Assembly (NCBI GenBank): GCA_945870825.1
Contig: CAMBTM010000005.1
Span: forward strand, 33 to 64,032
Origin: Rhizobium sp. Q54
Lineage (GTDB): Bacteria; Pseudomonadota; Alphaproteobacteria; UBA7879; VGCX01
Direction of reading: 5' to 3'
Length of the DNA stretch: 64,000 bases
Within the stretch, counting starts at the first letter, position 1. The number at the start of each line of letters is the position of its first letter. Shown one piece after another: positions 18,358 to 28,703 of this stretch. The position numbers were made by a program, and so were the translations under genes. The notes under the pieces were generated by a model. That model was given only the letters and a program-made list of their open reading frames with translations. It had not been told where the DNA came from and made no database searches.

Positions 18358-19368
18358 CTATTCCTTCTTAATAAGACGTGCCAATGCGATATTGGTCCGG
18401 TGCCAATCTTTGATGGGAAGTGCCGGACTTCCCCCCATAATCGCCCCATCTTCAATATCACGCATAATACCACTTTGGGCGGCGATCTTCACGCCTTTGC
18501 CAATTTTAATATGGTCTGCAATGCCAACTTGTCCAGCGATCATGGAAAAGTCCCCAATTTCTGTGCTGCCAGCAACACCCACTTGGGATACAATCACGCA
18601 TCCGCGACCAATCCGGACATTATGACCAATCTGGACAAGGTTATCAAGACGGCTGTGACTGCCAATGATCGTATCACGGAGGCCCCCACGATCAACCGTA
18701 GACCCTGCGCCAATATGAACATCATCGCCAATAATCACACGTCCTACTTGGGGAATATCCAAAATACCCGATTCAGTTGGAATAAATCCAAACCCCGCCC
18801 GGCCAACAACAGCATTGGGGTGGATTACAACTGAATGTCCTATAAGGGCGCACATAACCGTTGCGCCACTATGAATCTCAGAATTTGGACCAATCACAAC
18901 ACCTGTTCCTATGACAGCATTGGGCCCAATGAATACGTTGTCACCAATTTCAGCACCATCTGCAATGACAGCCCCTGGGGAGATGCGCACATATTGACCA
19001 ATTTTAGCATGGGGTGAAATCGCCTCATGGGGGTCGTAATCCAGTTTAAGGAAAGATCTTGTATAAAATGTTCTGGTAATTTTAACGAAATCAACTTCTG
19101 GATTTTGACTAGAAAGAATGTTGGACCGAGACGGCACCAACTCTTTTAAAGAATCATGGATAATAAAGGCTGTTTTTGGATTGTTTTCTAGGACACCTAG
19201 ATGCTTTTTGTTTTTAATAAAACTAAGACACCCTGACCGTACATCATCCACAGAACAAACATCATCAATCCGTAAAGATGGATCCAGAGGTGAGGCAAGA
19301 CCTACCAAGGAACAAATTTCGCCCAAAGAAAAGAAGTCTTTTTTATGAAAAAACCGTGTATCTGCCAT
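18358..19368 (-). CDS. lpxD: UDP-3-O-acyl-glucosamine N-acyltransferase
   Basis: [34 protein letters not shown]. Confidence 0.96.
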   Translation of the reverse strand: MADTRFFHKKDFFSLGEICSLVGLASPLDPSLRIDDVCSVDDVRSGCLSFIKNKKHLGVLENNPKTAFIIHDSLKELVPSRSNILSSQNPEVDFVKITRTFYTRSFLKLDYDPHEAISPHAKIGQYVRISPGAVIADGAEIGDNVFIGPNAVIGTGVVIGPNSEIHSGATVMCALIGHSVVIHPNAVVGRAGFGFIPTESGILDIPQVGRVIIGDDVHIGAGSTVDRGGLRDTIIGSHSRLDNLVQIGHNVRIGRGCVIVSQVGVAGSTEIGDFSMIAGQVGIADHIKIGKGVKIAAQSGIMRDIEDGAIMGGSPALPIKDWHRTNIALARLIKKE

Positions 19369-19377
19369 GATAAATCT

Positions 19378-20004
19378 CTACGCACACTTTTTTAAATCTA
19401 AACACGTCTTGGTCTTGACCGCATTGAGGGCTGCGATAATTTCATCTGTCAGATCAAGTCCTGGGTTCGAAAAGACAACCACGTCTTTGGATAAAACCAT
19501 TTTTAATGAATGCTTTTCAGCGATAGACTGGACTGTTTTCCCCAAAAGATCATGAAGTTCTTTATTCACGTTTTCATAAGCTGTCCCAATACACATTTTT
19601 TTAGCTTCCACCGTTTTTTGAATGGAAAGAACTTTTTTATCAAAATCATTCCAGCGACTTTCCAAATCCTTCGCTAAGGCCTCATGGCCTTTCTTAGACC
19701 CAAGCGTGCCCTGATGTTCACGCTCTTGGAGCATCCGACGTTTTTCCTGCAAAGCATGACTTTCATGCCTTAATTCCGCATCAAGCGTTGCATAATCCGT
19801 TTGGATTCTACTTAAAACCGCTTCCAATTCTTTTTTCGGCTCTTGAAAATAAGGAACGGATGCCCAGACAAGATTTGGATCAAAAAATGCAATCTCTTGA
19901 TGCTGATGGATATAAATTTTGTCGTCTTTTTGGCGCATGACAAGGAACCAACAAAGCCCCCCAACCAACGCGCCGCCTAAAAGAATACCGACAAAAACTT
20001 TCAT
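19378..20004 (-). CDS. skp: OmpH/Skp-family periplasmic chaperone
   Basis: Coiled coil, C-terminal DLTDEII..LN, position between bamA and lpxD. Confidence 0.8.
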   Translation of the reverse strand: MKVFVGILLGGALVGGLCWFLVMRQKDDKIYIHQHQEIAFFDPNLVWASVPYFQEPKKELEAVLSRIQTDYATLDAELRHESHALQEKRRMLQEREHQGTLGSKKGHEALAKDLESRWNDFDKKVLSIQKTVEAKKMCIGTAYENVNKELHDLLGKTVQSIAEKHSLKMVLSKDVVVFSNPGLDLTDEIIAALNAVKTKTCLDLKKCA

Positions 20005-20008
20005 CTAT

Positions 20009-22279
20009 TTAAAATTTCCCAGTTCCAAAATTCAAGAGGATAAGTTGTTCCTTGTCCCCCTGCTGCTTGGAAATTGGGAATCCAAAATCAAGACGGATAA
20101 GCCCCATGGGGGTTGTCCACCCAAATCCAAATCCCGCAGATACACGCACATTTTTATAGTTATAAACACCAGGATCCTTCATTTTAGAATCCCAAACCGT
20201 TCCGCTGTCCACAAATGCTGTCCCCCGCAACCCAACTTCACTTGGAAGTCCAAGAGGGAACGTAACTTCTCCAGACAATGTAAAGAACCGGTCACCACCC
20301 AAGGCGTCAAAATTCCCTGTTTGAGAACGTGGTCCCACACCAGCATATTCGAATCCGCGCAGATCATTACCACCCAAAGTAAATTTATCGATGATTCTTA
20401 ACCGTTTTCCAATTCCATTAATCATCCCAATTTCACCATTAAGATGGGCAATCACATCGTCAATAGGGGAATGATAAACAGCACCTCCCAAAGTATTACG
20501 ATAATATTTAACACTTCCACCAAGCCCTGCTAAATCGTTTCCCATACTTAAGACATATCCCTCAGTTGGTGCAAAATGAAAGTCACGACGATCATAGATA
20601 AGGTTATGTCCCATAACTGACGCAACAGAACTGCCAGCCTGCTCTTTGACTTGTATGGCAGCAGTATCTTTCACACGATCAATATGGCTACGGCTTAATG
20701 CGTAGGTCCACCGTTGAATCAAAAACTCAGAAAGATTGTACCCAACCCATGTCCGCCCCCCAACGTTCTTTTGGCTAAACGAGCTTTGGCTTTCTTGGTC
20801 TCGCTCACCCGCATCAAGGCCAATACCCACTTCAAGATCTTTATTCAAGAAATAGGGATCCGCCAAAGACAAGTTAACATTTCGGCTTTTCTTTGCAACC
20901 TGCACGCGGGCCCCCAAAGCATAAGCGCGGCCAAAAAGGTTCCGTTCCCGAATTTGAATCATTCCCAAAGGACCATCCATAGTTGAAAATCCCGCACTAA
21001 AGTTGATTTCACCCGTGGATTGTTCTTCCACATCTGTGATCACATCCACCTGAGAACGCGTTTCCCCAACAGGCTCTTGTTCAATATCAACTTTTTTGAA
21101 ATATCCTAAATTTTGAAGGTTGCGATCTGAAGACTTGAGTTTACTGGAGTTAAAGGCATCCCCTTCAGAAAGTAAGAATTGACGACGAATGATGCGATCA
21201 ATCGTACGCGTATTTCCCTTGATTTGGATACGCCGGATAAAAACCTTGGGTCCTTCTTCCAATTTATATTTAATCCCCACGGTATGATTTTCTTCATCTT
21301 TGATGGGCATGGGCCGCACATTCACAAAGGCATAACCATGATCGCCCGCAACTTCTGACAAAGAAACTGTGTCCTTTTCTACCACATCTGTTGAATACCA
21401 ATCGGACTTGGTGGCTTTTAATGCTGCCTCAAACAGTTCAACTGGCACCTTTGTAAAATTACTATCGACAGAAATCTCGCCAAATTTATACCGCTCCCCC
21501 TCTTCCACCCTAAAGGTGATGATAAAGGCATCTTGTTCAGGAACCAATTCCGCGGTCGCTGATAGGACTTTGAAATCCGCATATCCCTTGCCACGATAGA
21601 ATTTGCGCAAATTATCGCTGTCCATATCTAATTTATTGGGATCATAGACGTCTGTTGTTGAAAAGAATTTCCACCAGGCGGATTCAGTGGTCGTAATCAC
21701 ACTCTTAAGACGATCGTGATCATAGCGCTTATTTCCAACAAACCTGATGGACCGAATTTTTGCAATAGATCCTTCTTCAATTTCAAAAATCACATCCACA
21801 CGATTTTGGTCTTGCTTGATGATTTTTGGTGAAACGCGGGCCGCAAAATATCCTTTATGCTTATATATTTCCAAAATACGCCGCACTTCAAATTGCACCT
21901 TATCCTTGGTCAACAGCTGGCGTACCTTTAATTGTACTTCTGATTCTAAAATTTTATCGGTGATGTTTTTGTTTCCCTCAAACGCAATACGGTTAATGCT
22001 AGGGTTTTCCACCACATGGACGTAGACAATATTGGAGGACAGATCAATTTTAACGTCAGAAAATAATTTGGATTTAAAAATATCTTTCAAACTTTCATCG
22101 ATATCCGCTTGGGTAATGGTGCTGCCCTTTTTAAAGGTCATATGACTCAAAATCGTATCGGATTCAATGCGATAGTTTCCATCCATCACGATATCCTTAA
22201 CAACTGTGCCTGTTGAGGCTTGTCCCTGAAAAGCCCCCACTAAGAAGCCTATACAGATAACTCTGACTAATATTTTCAT
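20009..22279 (-). CDS. bamA: Outer-membrane protein assembly factor BamA
   Basis: Five POTRA domains, NLFGR, LRGFEYAGVGPR, TPMGLIRLDFG, terminal F. Confidence 0.97.
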   Translation of the reverse strand: MKILVRVICIGFLVGAFQGQASTGTVVKDIVMDGNYRIESDTILSHMTFKKGSTITQADIDESLKDIFKSKLFSDVKIDLSSNIVYVHVVENPSINRIAFEGNKNITDKILESEVQLKVRQLLTKDKVQFEVRRILEIYKHKGYFAARVSPKIIKQDQNRVDVIFEIEEGSIAKIRSIRFVGNKRYDHDRLKSVITTTESAWWKFFSTTDVYDPNKLDMDSDNLRKFYRGKGYADFKVLSATAELVPEQDAFIITFRVEEGERYKFGEISVDSNFTKVPVELFEAALKATKSDWYSTDVVEKDTVSLSEVAGDHGYAFVNVRPMPIKDEENHTVGIKYKLEEGPKVFIRRIQIKGNTRTIDRIIRRQFLLSEGDAFNSSKLKSSDRNLQNLGYFKKVDIEQEPVGETRSQVDVITDVEEQSTGEINFSAGFSTMDGPLGMIQIRERNLFGRAYALGARVQVAKKSRNVNLSLADPYFLNKDLEVGIGLDAGERDQESQSSFSQKNVGGRTWVGYNLSEFLIQRWTYALSRSHIDRVKDTAAIQVKEQAGSSVASVMGHNLIYDRRDFHFAPTEGYVLSMGNDLAGLGGSVKYYRNTLGGAVYHSPIDDVIAHLNGEIGMINGIGKRLRIIDKFTLGGNDLRGFEYAGVGPRSQTGNFDALGGDRFFTLSGEVTFPLGLPSEVGLRGTAFVDSGTVWDSKMKDPGVYNYKNVRVSAGFGFGWTTPMGLIRLDFGFPISKQQGDKEQLILLNFGTGKF

Positions 22280-22292
22280 ACCTTGAATCCTC

Positions 22293-23411
22293 TTAAAATA
22301 ATTTGCTAATGAAGGACACTAGCCCTCCAATGATGTTAAACCGTACAAAGTCGTTCCAATGGCTATATAACATCAACAGCATCAGCAACCCAAATCCACC
22401 CTTATAAGCAATTTCTTGGACTTTTTCAGCCACAGGCTTTCCTCGAATCGCCTCAATGGTATAAAATAAAAGATGCCCCCCATCGAGAACAGGAAGCGGA
22501 AAAAGATTAATAATGCCAAGGTTCAAAGAAAGAATCCCCATAAACCCAAGGAGAGAAAGAAATCCTGCAGACCACGCCTCTTTGGACATTTTTGCAATGC
22601 TGGGCAGTCCGCCAATTTGCTTGGAATCTTCACTTCCTGTGAAAAAGTTCTTGAATGTCTTAAGCATCTGCCAGCTTAGTCGCAGTGTGCCAAAAACAGC
22701 CGCAATCCCTGCGGTAAAGATGTTATGAGACTTGCGTTGAGGGGCTATCCCAATGATGCCATATCCATCTTTCTCCCCAATTTGAATGGGGGCCGTTAAT
22801 TCATGGCCATCGTGCCTATACGTAATGCTCATGTGTTCTGAAGGGTGCTTGACAACCGTGGTCCGCAAGGCATTAAATGTTGCGATATCTTCACCGTTAA
22901 AGGCCGTCACTTGGTCACCTGGCCTTATGCCTGCATTCCAAGCAGGACCACCTTCAACAACGTCACCCATAATGGCATCTTGGAGCGGTTCGCCCGTAAA
23001 GGCAAAAACAACCCAAAAACATATGACTGTGATCAAAATATTAGCAATGGGTCCCGCTGCCACAACGGCCATGCGTTGGGGGATTCTTTTCCCATCAAGG
23101 GTTAAGGCTTTTTCTGCTGGCGTTAAGGTTCGAAGTTTTTCGTGATCTGCCGCACTGGATGCATCAGCATCCCCAAACATTTTGACGTACCCGCCGAGCG
23201 GAACAAGGCTGACCTTCCAACGGGTTTCATGAGAATCGTTCCACCCGAAAAGTTCTGGGCCAAATCCAATGGAGAAAACCTCCACACGCACCCCATTTTT
23301 GCGGGCAACCCAATAGTGGCCTAACTCATGGAAAAAAACCAATATCGTCAACACGACAAGAACGGGAAGAATCCACGACAAACTCAACGATACTGTGGCT
23401 AAAAATTCCAT
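22293..23411 (-). CDS. rseP: RIP metalloprotease RseP
   Basis: HELGH, FSIGFG, PLGGYVKM, PDZ domain, NLFPLPVLDGGH. Confidence 0.97.
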   Translation of the reverse strand: MEFLATVSLSLSWILPVLVVLTILVFFHELGHYWVARKNGVRVEVFSIGFGPELFGWNDSHETRWKVSLVPLGGYVKMFGDADASSAADHEKLRTLTPAEKALTLDGKRIPQRMAVVAAGPIANILITVICFWVVFAFTGEPLQDAIMGDVVEGGPAWNAGIRPGDQVTAFNGEDIATFNALRTTVVKHPSEHMSITYRHDGHELTAPIQIGEKDGYGIIGIAPQRKSHNIFTAGIAAVFGTLRLSWQMLKTFKNFFTGSEDSKQIGGLPSIAKMSKEAWSAGFLSLLGFMGILSLNLGIINLFPLPVLDGGHLLFYTIEAIRGKPVAEKVQEIAYKGGFGLLMLLMLYSHWNDFVRFNIIGGLVSFISKLF

Positions 23412-23441
23412 TGATACCTCTTTATAATTAATGACGGCGGC

Positions 23442-24287
23442 TTAGTAATCCCACCATTCTTGAAAACTTGTGACAAAGGCACTGAACATATCGGGTTCAG
23501 AAGAAACCATCCAGACCACAATAGGAAGGACAAATAAATAACCATCCAAGCGATCCAATACACCTCCATGCCCTGGAATCCAAGTACCAGAATCTTTAAC
23601 ATGATGATAACGCTTAATCAAGGATTCTATTAAATCTCCCAACACAGCGACCAACCCGATGATAAGAGAGGCTAACGAAATATGCAAAGGAGGCTTTTGG
23701 AAGGTCAAGAGTTTATATGCAAGACCGCCCAGAAGAACCGCTGTTAAAAGACTGCCCAAAAACCCTGTCCAAGTTTTGTTAGGACTAATTTCTGGAATCA
23801 GCTTGGGGCCTCTAAGCAAGGAGCCAAAAATATATCCCCCAATATCACTGCCGGAAACAACCATAATAATCCATAAAAGGATCGCAGGCCCATTGTCATA
23901 TCCCTGCAACATCCAAAAGAGCGATACAAATGGCACCCCAAAATAAATGAGTGCAAGACTACCCCACAAAAGGCGCCGATGCCACGCAAACCAACTGAGA
24001 AAAAACCCCAAGCTTGCTGTTGATAAAAGAATGCCAAAAGCCAAATACATCCGTCCCCAATAAGCATTGTAAAGCGAGAGAAAAAGCACAGGAATCATCA
24101 AGAAGAAAATTTTACGCCGTTCAATCTTGCATAAAACAAGCCATTCGTAGGTAAGAACGCAAATTAAAACGCATCCCAAGATACAAAGAGAAATGTATCC
24201 AAAAGAAAGAGAGGCTGCCACAACCCCAATAATACCAATGGTGGATAAAAACCGCTTTTTAAAATCAGAAAACAACGTATCAAGCAT
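23442..24287 (-). CDS. cdsA: Phosphatidate cytidylyltransferase
   Basis: DIGGY, ISPNKTW.G, GDL.ES.IKR...VKDSG..IPGHGGVLDRLD. Confidence 0.96.
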   Translation of the reverse strand: MLDTLFSDFKKRFLSTIGIIGVVAASLSFGYISLCILGCVLICVLTYEWLVLCKIERRKIFFLMIPVLFLSLYNAYWGRMYLAFGILLSTASLGFFLSWFAWHRRLLWGSLALIYFGVPFVSLFWMLQGYDNGPAILLWIIMVVSGSDIGGYIFGSLLRGPKLIPEISPNKTWTGFLGSLLTAVLLGGLAYKLLTFQKPPLHISLASLIIGLVAVLGDLIESLIKRYHHVKDSGTWIPGHGGVLDRLDGYLFVLPIVVWMVSSEPDMFSAFVTSFQEWWDY

Positions 24288-24293
24288 AAATCA

Positions 24294-24992
24294 TTATTCT
24301 CCGAATCGACGTTGACGGGTGTAATAGGAGGCTATGGCACGACCATACTCTTCCCGGCTAAAATCAGGCCAATAGGTCGGCGTGAAATAAAACTCTGCGT
24401 AGGCGCTCTGCCAAAGCAGGAAATTACTAATACGAAACTCGCCGCTGGGGCGAATAAAAAGATCAGGGTCAGGCATGTCAGCTGTATGGAGAAAAGACCC
24501 GAAGGTATCTTCTGTAATGGATTCTATAGGATACCCCTTCTCAAGAACCTCACGCGCCACATGCTGAGCTGCCATGACAATTTCCTGACGTCCCCCATAA
24601 TTAAGAGCAACAGTGAGTTGCAACGCCTTATTGTCCTTCGTTAAATCTTCTACATCCTTCAAAAGTAAGCGTATTTCATCTGATAGTCGTTGACGACTAC
24701 CAATCACCTTGAGCCTAACGCCTTGCTCGTGAAGTGTCTTGGCTTCAGCCTTTAAAAGACGAGCCATCAATGCAAACAATCCCTCGACCTCATGGACCTC
24801 GCGATTCCAATTTTCTGAAGAAAAGGCATAAACCGTAACATAAGGGATTTTTTGAACAATGGATTCCTCCACAATCGCGCGCAGGGTCTCAGCGCCTTTT
24901 TCATGGCCCTCTAACGTCGATAAGTTATGGTTTCTTGCCCAACGACGATTCCCATCCATCACGATGGCAACGTGTTTTAATGTATTATTCAT
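24294..24992 (-). CDS. uppS: Undecaprenyl diphosphate synthase
   Basis: HVAIVMDGNRRWA, YAFSSENW.R, NYGGR, PDLFIR.SGE.RISNFLLWQ. Confidence 0.96.
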   Translation of the reverse strand: MNNTLKHVAIVMDGNRRWARNHNLSTLEGHEKGAETLRAIVEESIVQKIPYVTVYAFSSENWNREVHEVEGLFALMARLLKAEAKTLHEQGVRLKVIGSRQRLSDEIRLLLKDVEDLTKDNKALQLTVALNYGGRQEIVMAAQHVAREVLEKGYPIESITEDTFGSFLHTADMPDPDLFIRPSGEFRISNFLLWQSAYAEFYFTPTYWPDFSREEYGRAIASYYTRQRRFGE

Positions 24993-25014
24993 CCCAGTTA
25001 ATGTTCCAAGCGTG

Positions 25015-25569
25015 TTAGAGCTGCATAATGTCTTTTTCTTTTTGCTGGCACAAATCATCCACCATGCTCACATACTTATCAGTCAACTCCTGAATCTTGG
25101 TGGAACCCCGGTGAAGATCATCTTCAGAAATCTCTTTATCTTTTTCCATTTTTTTCAAAGCATCAATCCCATCACGCCGAATGTTCCTTAAAGAAACACG
25201 CATAGCCTCCGCATATTTAGCGGCAAGCTTCACATAATCCCGCCGACGTTCTTCGCTAAGGTCCGGCATGTGGAGACGTAATACTTCGCCTTCTGTGACA
25301 GGATTAATGCCAAGTTCGGATTCCATGATGGCTTTTTCAACGGCTTTCACCATGCCTTTGTCCCATACTTGCACCGTCAGCATTCTAGAATCCGGTACGT
25401 TGATATTGGCTAATTGGTTCAAAGGCATCTTGCTACCATAGGCTGTGACCATAACCCCATCTAGAATCGCTGGGTTGGCACGACCTGTTCGAATAGATTG
25501 AAACTCACGCTTCAACGCCTCAATAGATGTTTTCATCCGTGTTTCTAGTGCATTAATGTGTTCTTGCAT
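25015..25569 (-). CDS. frr: Ribosome recycling factor
   Basis: IRTGRANP, YG..MPLNQLA, LSEERR, RNIRRD. Confidence 0.97.
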   Translation of the reverse strand: MQEHINALETRMKTSIEALKREFQSIRTGRANPAILDGVMVTAYGSKMPLNQLANINVPDSRMLTVQVWDKGMVKAVEKAIMESELGINPVTEGEVLRLHMPDLSEERRRDYVKLAAKYAEAMRVSLRNIRRDGIDALKKMEKDKEISEDDLHRGSTKIQELTDKYVSMVDDLCQQKEKDIMQL

Positions 25570-26291
25570 TTTTCATCCTCTTGAATCGTCGTAAAATTAC
25601 CTTTACCGCCTAAAATTTCCGCCACAATACTGTCAGAAAAAAAGGATCCGACAATCACCGGCAAGTGTCCCTCGGCGGCGAGAGCAATAGCGGTTGCATC
25701 CATCACAGCATAGTGGTGGACCAAAACATCTTGAAACGTCAAATTCTCAAACCGCTTGGCCTGCGGGAAACGCACAGGGTCTTTATCATAAACCCCATCC
25801 ACTTTGGTCAATTTGACCAAGACATCACAGTTCATCTCAAGGGCCCGAAGCGTTGCTGCCGTATCAGTTGTGAAGAAAGGACTGCCAGTTCCCCCTGCAA
25901 AAATCAAGATCTCTCCTCGACCAAAGGCCTCCAAACATGATTGCCTCACATACTGATCAGCAAGAGCTGGCATCGTCACCCCTGACACTAATCGGGCAGA
26001 AAATCCGTTGGACTGAAAAAAAGACCGCAACACAATACCATTCATGGCAGTTGCAAGCATTCCCATGGCATCCGCATCAGCACGATCCAGGGTTGGAATA
26101 GCACTTTCTTTGCCACGAAAGATGTTGCCACCACCAATCACCAAAGCAACAGCACATCCAAGATCTTTTGCTGTCTTGATATGGGACAATAACAAAGTCA
26201 AAGCCCTTGCGTCAAAATACGAAGAAGAGTCTCCTTTCAAAGACTCTCCCGAAATTTTAATTAAAAGACGTTTATATAACGGCTTTGACAT
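25545..26291 (-). CDS. pyrH: UMP kinase
   Basis: KISGE, GGGNIFRG, GMLAT..N, PFFTTDTAA.LRA, VMD.TA. Confidence 0.96.
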   Translation of the reverse strand: MSKPLYKRLLIKISGESLKGDSSSYFDARALTLLLSHIKTAKDLGCAVALVIGGGNIFRGKESAIPTLDRADADAMGMLATAMNGIVLRSFFQSNGFSARLVSGVTMPALADQYVRQSCLEAFGRGEILIFAGGTGSPFFTTDTAATLRALEMNCDVLVKLTKVDGVYDKDPVRFPQAKRFENLTFQDVLVHHYAVMDATAIALAAEGHLPVIVGSFFSDSIVAEILGGKGNFTTIQEDEKCKNTLMH

Positions 26292-26328
26292 TCATGTACC
26301 CACCTCCCAGGGGGCTGTATTCACTATC

Positions 26329-27252
26329 TCAAGCACTAAGAGACGCAACCTCTTCAGCAAAGTTGTCTTCTTTCTTTTCGATGCCTTCTCCTAATGCAAA
26401 GCGCAAAAATCCAACGATTTGAATCGGTGCGCCCAGTGTGCTTGCTGCTTTTTGCAGGACATCTTTGATTTTGCTTTCGCCGTCAATCACGAACACTTGT
26501 TCAAGAAGAACACTTTCTTCATAGAATTTACGCAAACGACCATCGACCATTTTTTCAATAACAGCCTCTGGCTTACCGCTTTCACGGGCCTGATCGATAA
26601 AAATTTGCCGTTCACGATCCACGATGGCTGGATCCAAGTCGTCAATACTGACCGAGTGAGGACTGGTTGCTGCAATATGCATCGCAATTTGCTTACCCAG
26701 TGATTCCAACGCCTTCACGTCGCCTGTGGATTCAAGCGCCACAAGGACACCCAATTTGCCAAGACCTTCACTGATAGCGCCATGGATATATCCAACAACT
26801 ACGCCAGGCATCACAGAAAGACTGCCGACCCGACGCATGGTCATGTTTTCACCGATGACTGCAATAAGATTCGTCAGTTCTTCTGCAACCGTCCGCTCTG
26901 TCCCATGGCCATAAGGAGACGCTGCCAAAACATCCATATCAGGTTCTGTCAACGCAAGCGTTGTTACATGACGCACATATCCCTGAAACTGTTCATTGCG
27001 CGCAACAAAGTCTGTCTCAGAGTTAATTTCGACAACCACCCCTGTATTGCCAGAGACACTGAGGCCAACAAGACCTTCTGACGCCACACGACCGGCTTTT
27101 TTAGACGCTGCTGCAAGACCTTTTTTGCGAAGCCAATCAACAGCGGCTTCCATATCACAACCGGTCTCCATGAGCGCTTCTTTACACTTCATCATGCCCG
27201 CACCTGTTTTGGTGCGAAGCTCTTGAATAAGACTGCTGGTTATCTGTGTCAT
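26329..27252 (-). CDS. tsf: Elongation factor Ts
   Basis: LR.KTGAGMM.CK.AL, EINSETDFVARN, AMHIAA. Confidence 0.98.
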   Translation of the reverse strand: MTQITSSLIQELRTKTGAGMMKCKEALMETGCDMEAAVDWLRKKGLAAASKKAGRVASEGLVGLSVSGNTGVVVEINSETDFVARNEQFQGYVRHVTTLALTEPDMDVLAASPYGHGTERTVAEELTNLIAVIGENMTMRRVGSLSVMPGVVVGYIHGAISEGLGKLGVLVALESTGDVKALESLGKQIAMHIAATSPHSVSIDDLDPAIVDRERQIFIDQARESGKPEAVIEKMVDGRLRKFYEESVLLEQVFVIDGESKIKDVLQKAASTLGAPIQIVGFLRFALGEGIEKKEDNFAEEVASLSA

Positions 27253-28179
27253 TTACGCTATTTCCTTCGTTTCTTCTTCTATAACAACATCAACAACTGA
27301 TGTTTCAAGCAATTCTTCCATGACAGCTTCTTTGTCAGACGCTGCATCTTCAGATTCATCCTTCTTTGATTTTACGTGCTTTTTAACCACTTCAACCTTA
27401 GGACCGGTTTTGCCATGATTTCTCTTGCCCTTAAGCCCCTCTTCTTCCCTTAGATTTTCGCTTTCACCAAGATCCACCCCAGAACGGGTAGCTTCCACTT
27501 GAAGACCTGCAAAAACAGCGCCTGCGAAAAGACGGCAATAAAGCTCAATCGCTCTTGACGCGTCATCATTGCCAGGAATTACATAATCAACCCCATCAAA
27601 CTTAACATTTGTGTCAACAACGGCGATAACAGGAACACCAAGCTTATTGGCTTCCGTGATGGCCAAAGCCTCACGGTCACAGTCAATCACGCAAATAACG
27701 TCAGGACGCCCAGCCATGGTACGAATACCCCCCAAGGTCAAGAAAAGTTTTTCACGTTCACGTTCTAATTTCAGACGTTCCTTCTTTGTAAGGCCACCTA
27801 CATCTTTTGCAAGAAGATCCTCAAGAATATCGAGTCTTTTGATGGACTTAGAGATTGTTCCCCAGTTTGTAAGCATTCCGCCAAGCCAACGGTGGTTGAC
27901 GAAATATTGCCCTGTGGATTGAGCCACCTCAGCGACCTTGTCAGCTGCTTGGCGCTTTGTTCCAACGAAGAGAACACGGCCACCCTTGGCAACCACATCC
28001 TTTAAAGCTTCAAGGGCCTGATGAAGAAGGGGAACAGTTTTTTCAAGATCGATAATGTGAACGCCATTGCGCACACCAAAAATAAATTGGGACATCTTAG
28101 GATTCCACCGACGTGGGTGGTGACCAAAGTGAACGCCAGCTTCCAAAAGCTCGCGCATTGAAAATGCAGGTACAGTCAT
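27253..28179 (-). CDS. rpsB: 30S ribosomal protein S2 with an acidic C-terminal extension
   Basis: [30 protein letters not shown]. Start moved to the ATG at 28179. Confidence 0.98.
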   Translation of the reverse strand: MTVPAFSMRELLEAGVHFGHHPRRWNPKMSQFIFGVRNGVHIIDLEKTVPLLHQALEALKDVVAKGGRVLFVGTKRQAADKVAEVAQSTGQYFVNHRWLGGMLTNWGTISKSIKRLDILEDLLAKDVGGLTKKERLKLEREREKLFLTLGGIRTMAGRPDVICVIDCDREALAITEANKLGVPVIAVVDTNVKFDGVDYVIPGNDDASRAIELYCRLFAGAVFAGLQVEATRSGVDLGESENLREEEGLKGKRNHGKTGPKVEVVKKHVKSKKDESEDAASDKEAVMEELLETSVVDVVIEEETKEIA

Positions 28180-28272
28180 TGTAATATTCCTTTTCCGGTT
28201 GAACCTCCGTAGGTGCCATACCTCCAACCATTGGAAGCACCGGAGGGGCCAAGCCCCAAACCTACGTGTGGA
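28180..28272 (-). ncRNA. rpsB (S2, t44-type) leader RNA
   Basis: Minus strand CCACACGTAGG...GGTGC...GCACCTACGGAGGTTCAACC immediately upstream of rpsB. CGTAGG/CCTACG pairing. Confidence 0.75.
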
Positions 28273-28327
28273 TTTACTATTTAGTGTTCTATGATATACA
28301 AGGATGAGGGAAAATTTTCAAGGGGTT

Positions 28328-28348
28328 TTTGTGATTGTTAATCACAAA
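28328..28348. terminator. Inverted repeat just downstream of tRNA-Val (terminator or operator)
   Basis: TTTGTGATT-GTT-AATCACAAA perfect inverted repeat. Confidence 0.45.
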
Positions 28349-28423
28349 TGGTGGGCGCAGCTGGGATTGAACCAGCGACCCCTACGATGTCACCGTAGTG
28401 CTCTACCGCTGAGCTATGCGCCC
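28349..28423 (-). tRNA. tRNA-Val (GAC)
   Basis: Reverse complement GGGCGCATAGCTCAGCGGTAGAGCACTACGGTGACATCGTAGGGGTCGCTGGTTCAATCCCAGCTGCGCCCACCA. Confidence 0.96.
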
Positions 28424-28424
28424 C

Positions 28425-28552
28425 TTCCAAATCACTTTATTTAACGATCACGTCATTGAACATCGATATTCGGCTTCGGTCACCTATGAAAATAGGGTCC
28501 TTAACCTCACCACTCGTTCGCCTGGCGCTCATTTAAAAAAGTGAACTGGTAT
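28425..28552. repeat. About 128-bp RPE/MITE-like palindromic element abutting the 5' end of tRNA-Val
   Basis: Imperfect terminal IRs CCAAATCACTTTATTTAA / TTAAAAAAGTGAACTGG and a central hairpin CCTAT-GAAA-ATAGG. Confidence 0.65.
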
Positions 28553-28703
28553 CCCCGTCCAGAAGAAACTAGACAAAAGATAGGATTTTGTGTATACCGA
28601 GGAATACGAAAAAGCAAGTATTTTAATTCATCTCTACGCTTCCCATAATTGCTTCATTAATGGCTTGGTAAGTGTTTAATTGTATTGTAGGAGATTTCAA
28701 CGA

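Noticed and set aside
28180-28227. 16-aa N-terminal extension of RpsB
   Set aside because: It lies within the S2 leader RNA. The ATG at 28179 follows an AAGGA RBS.
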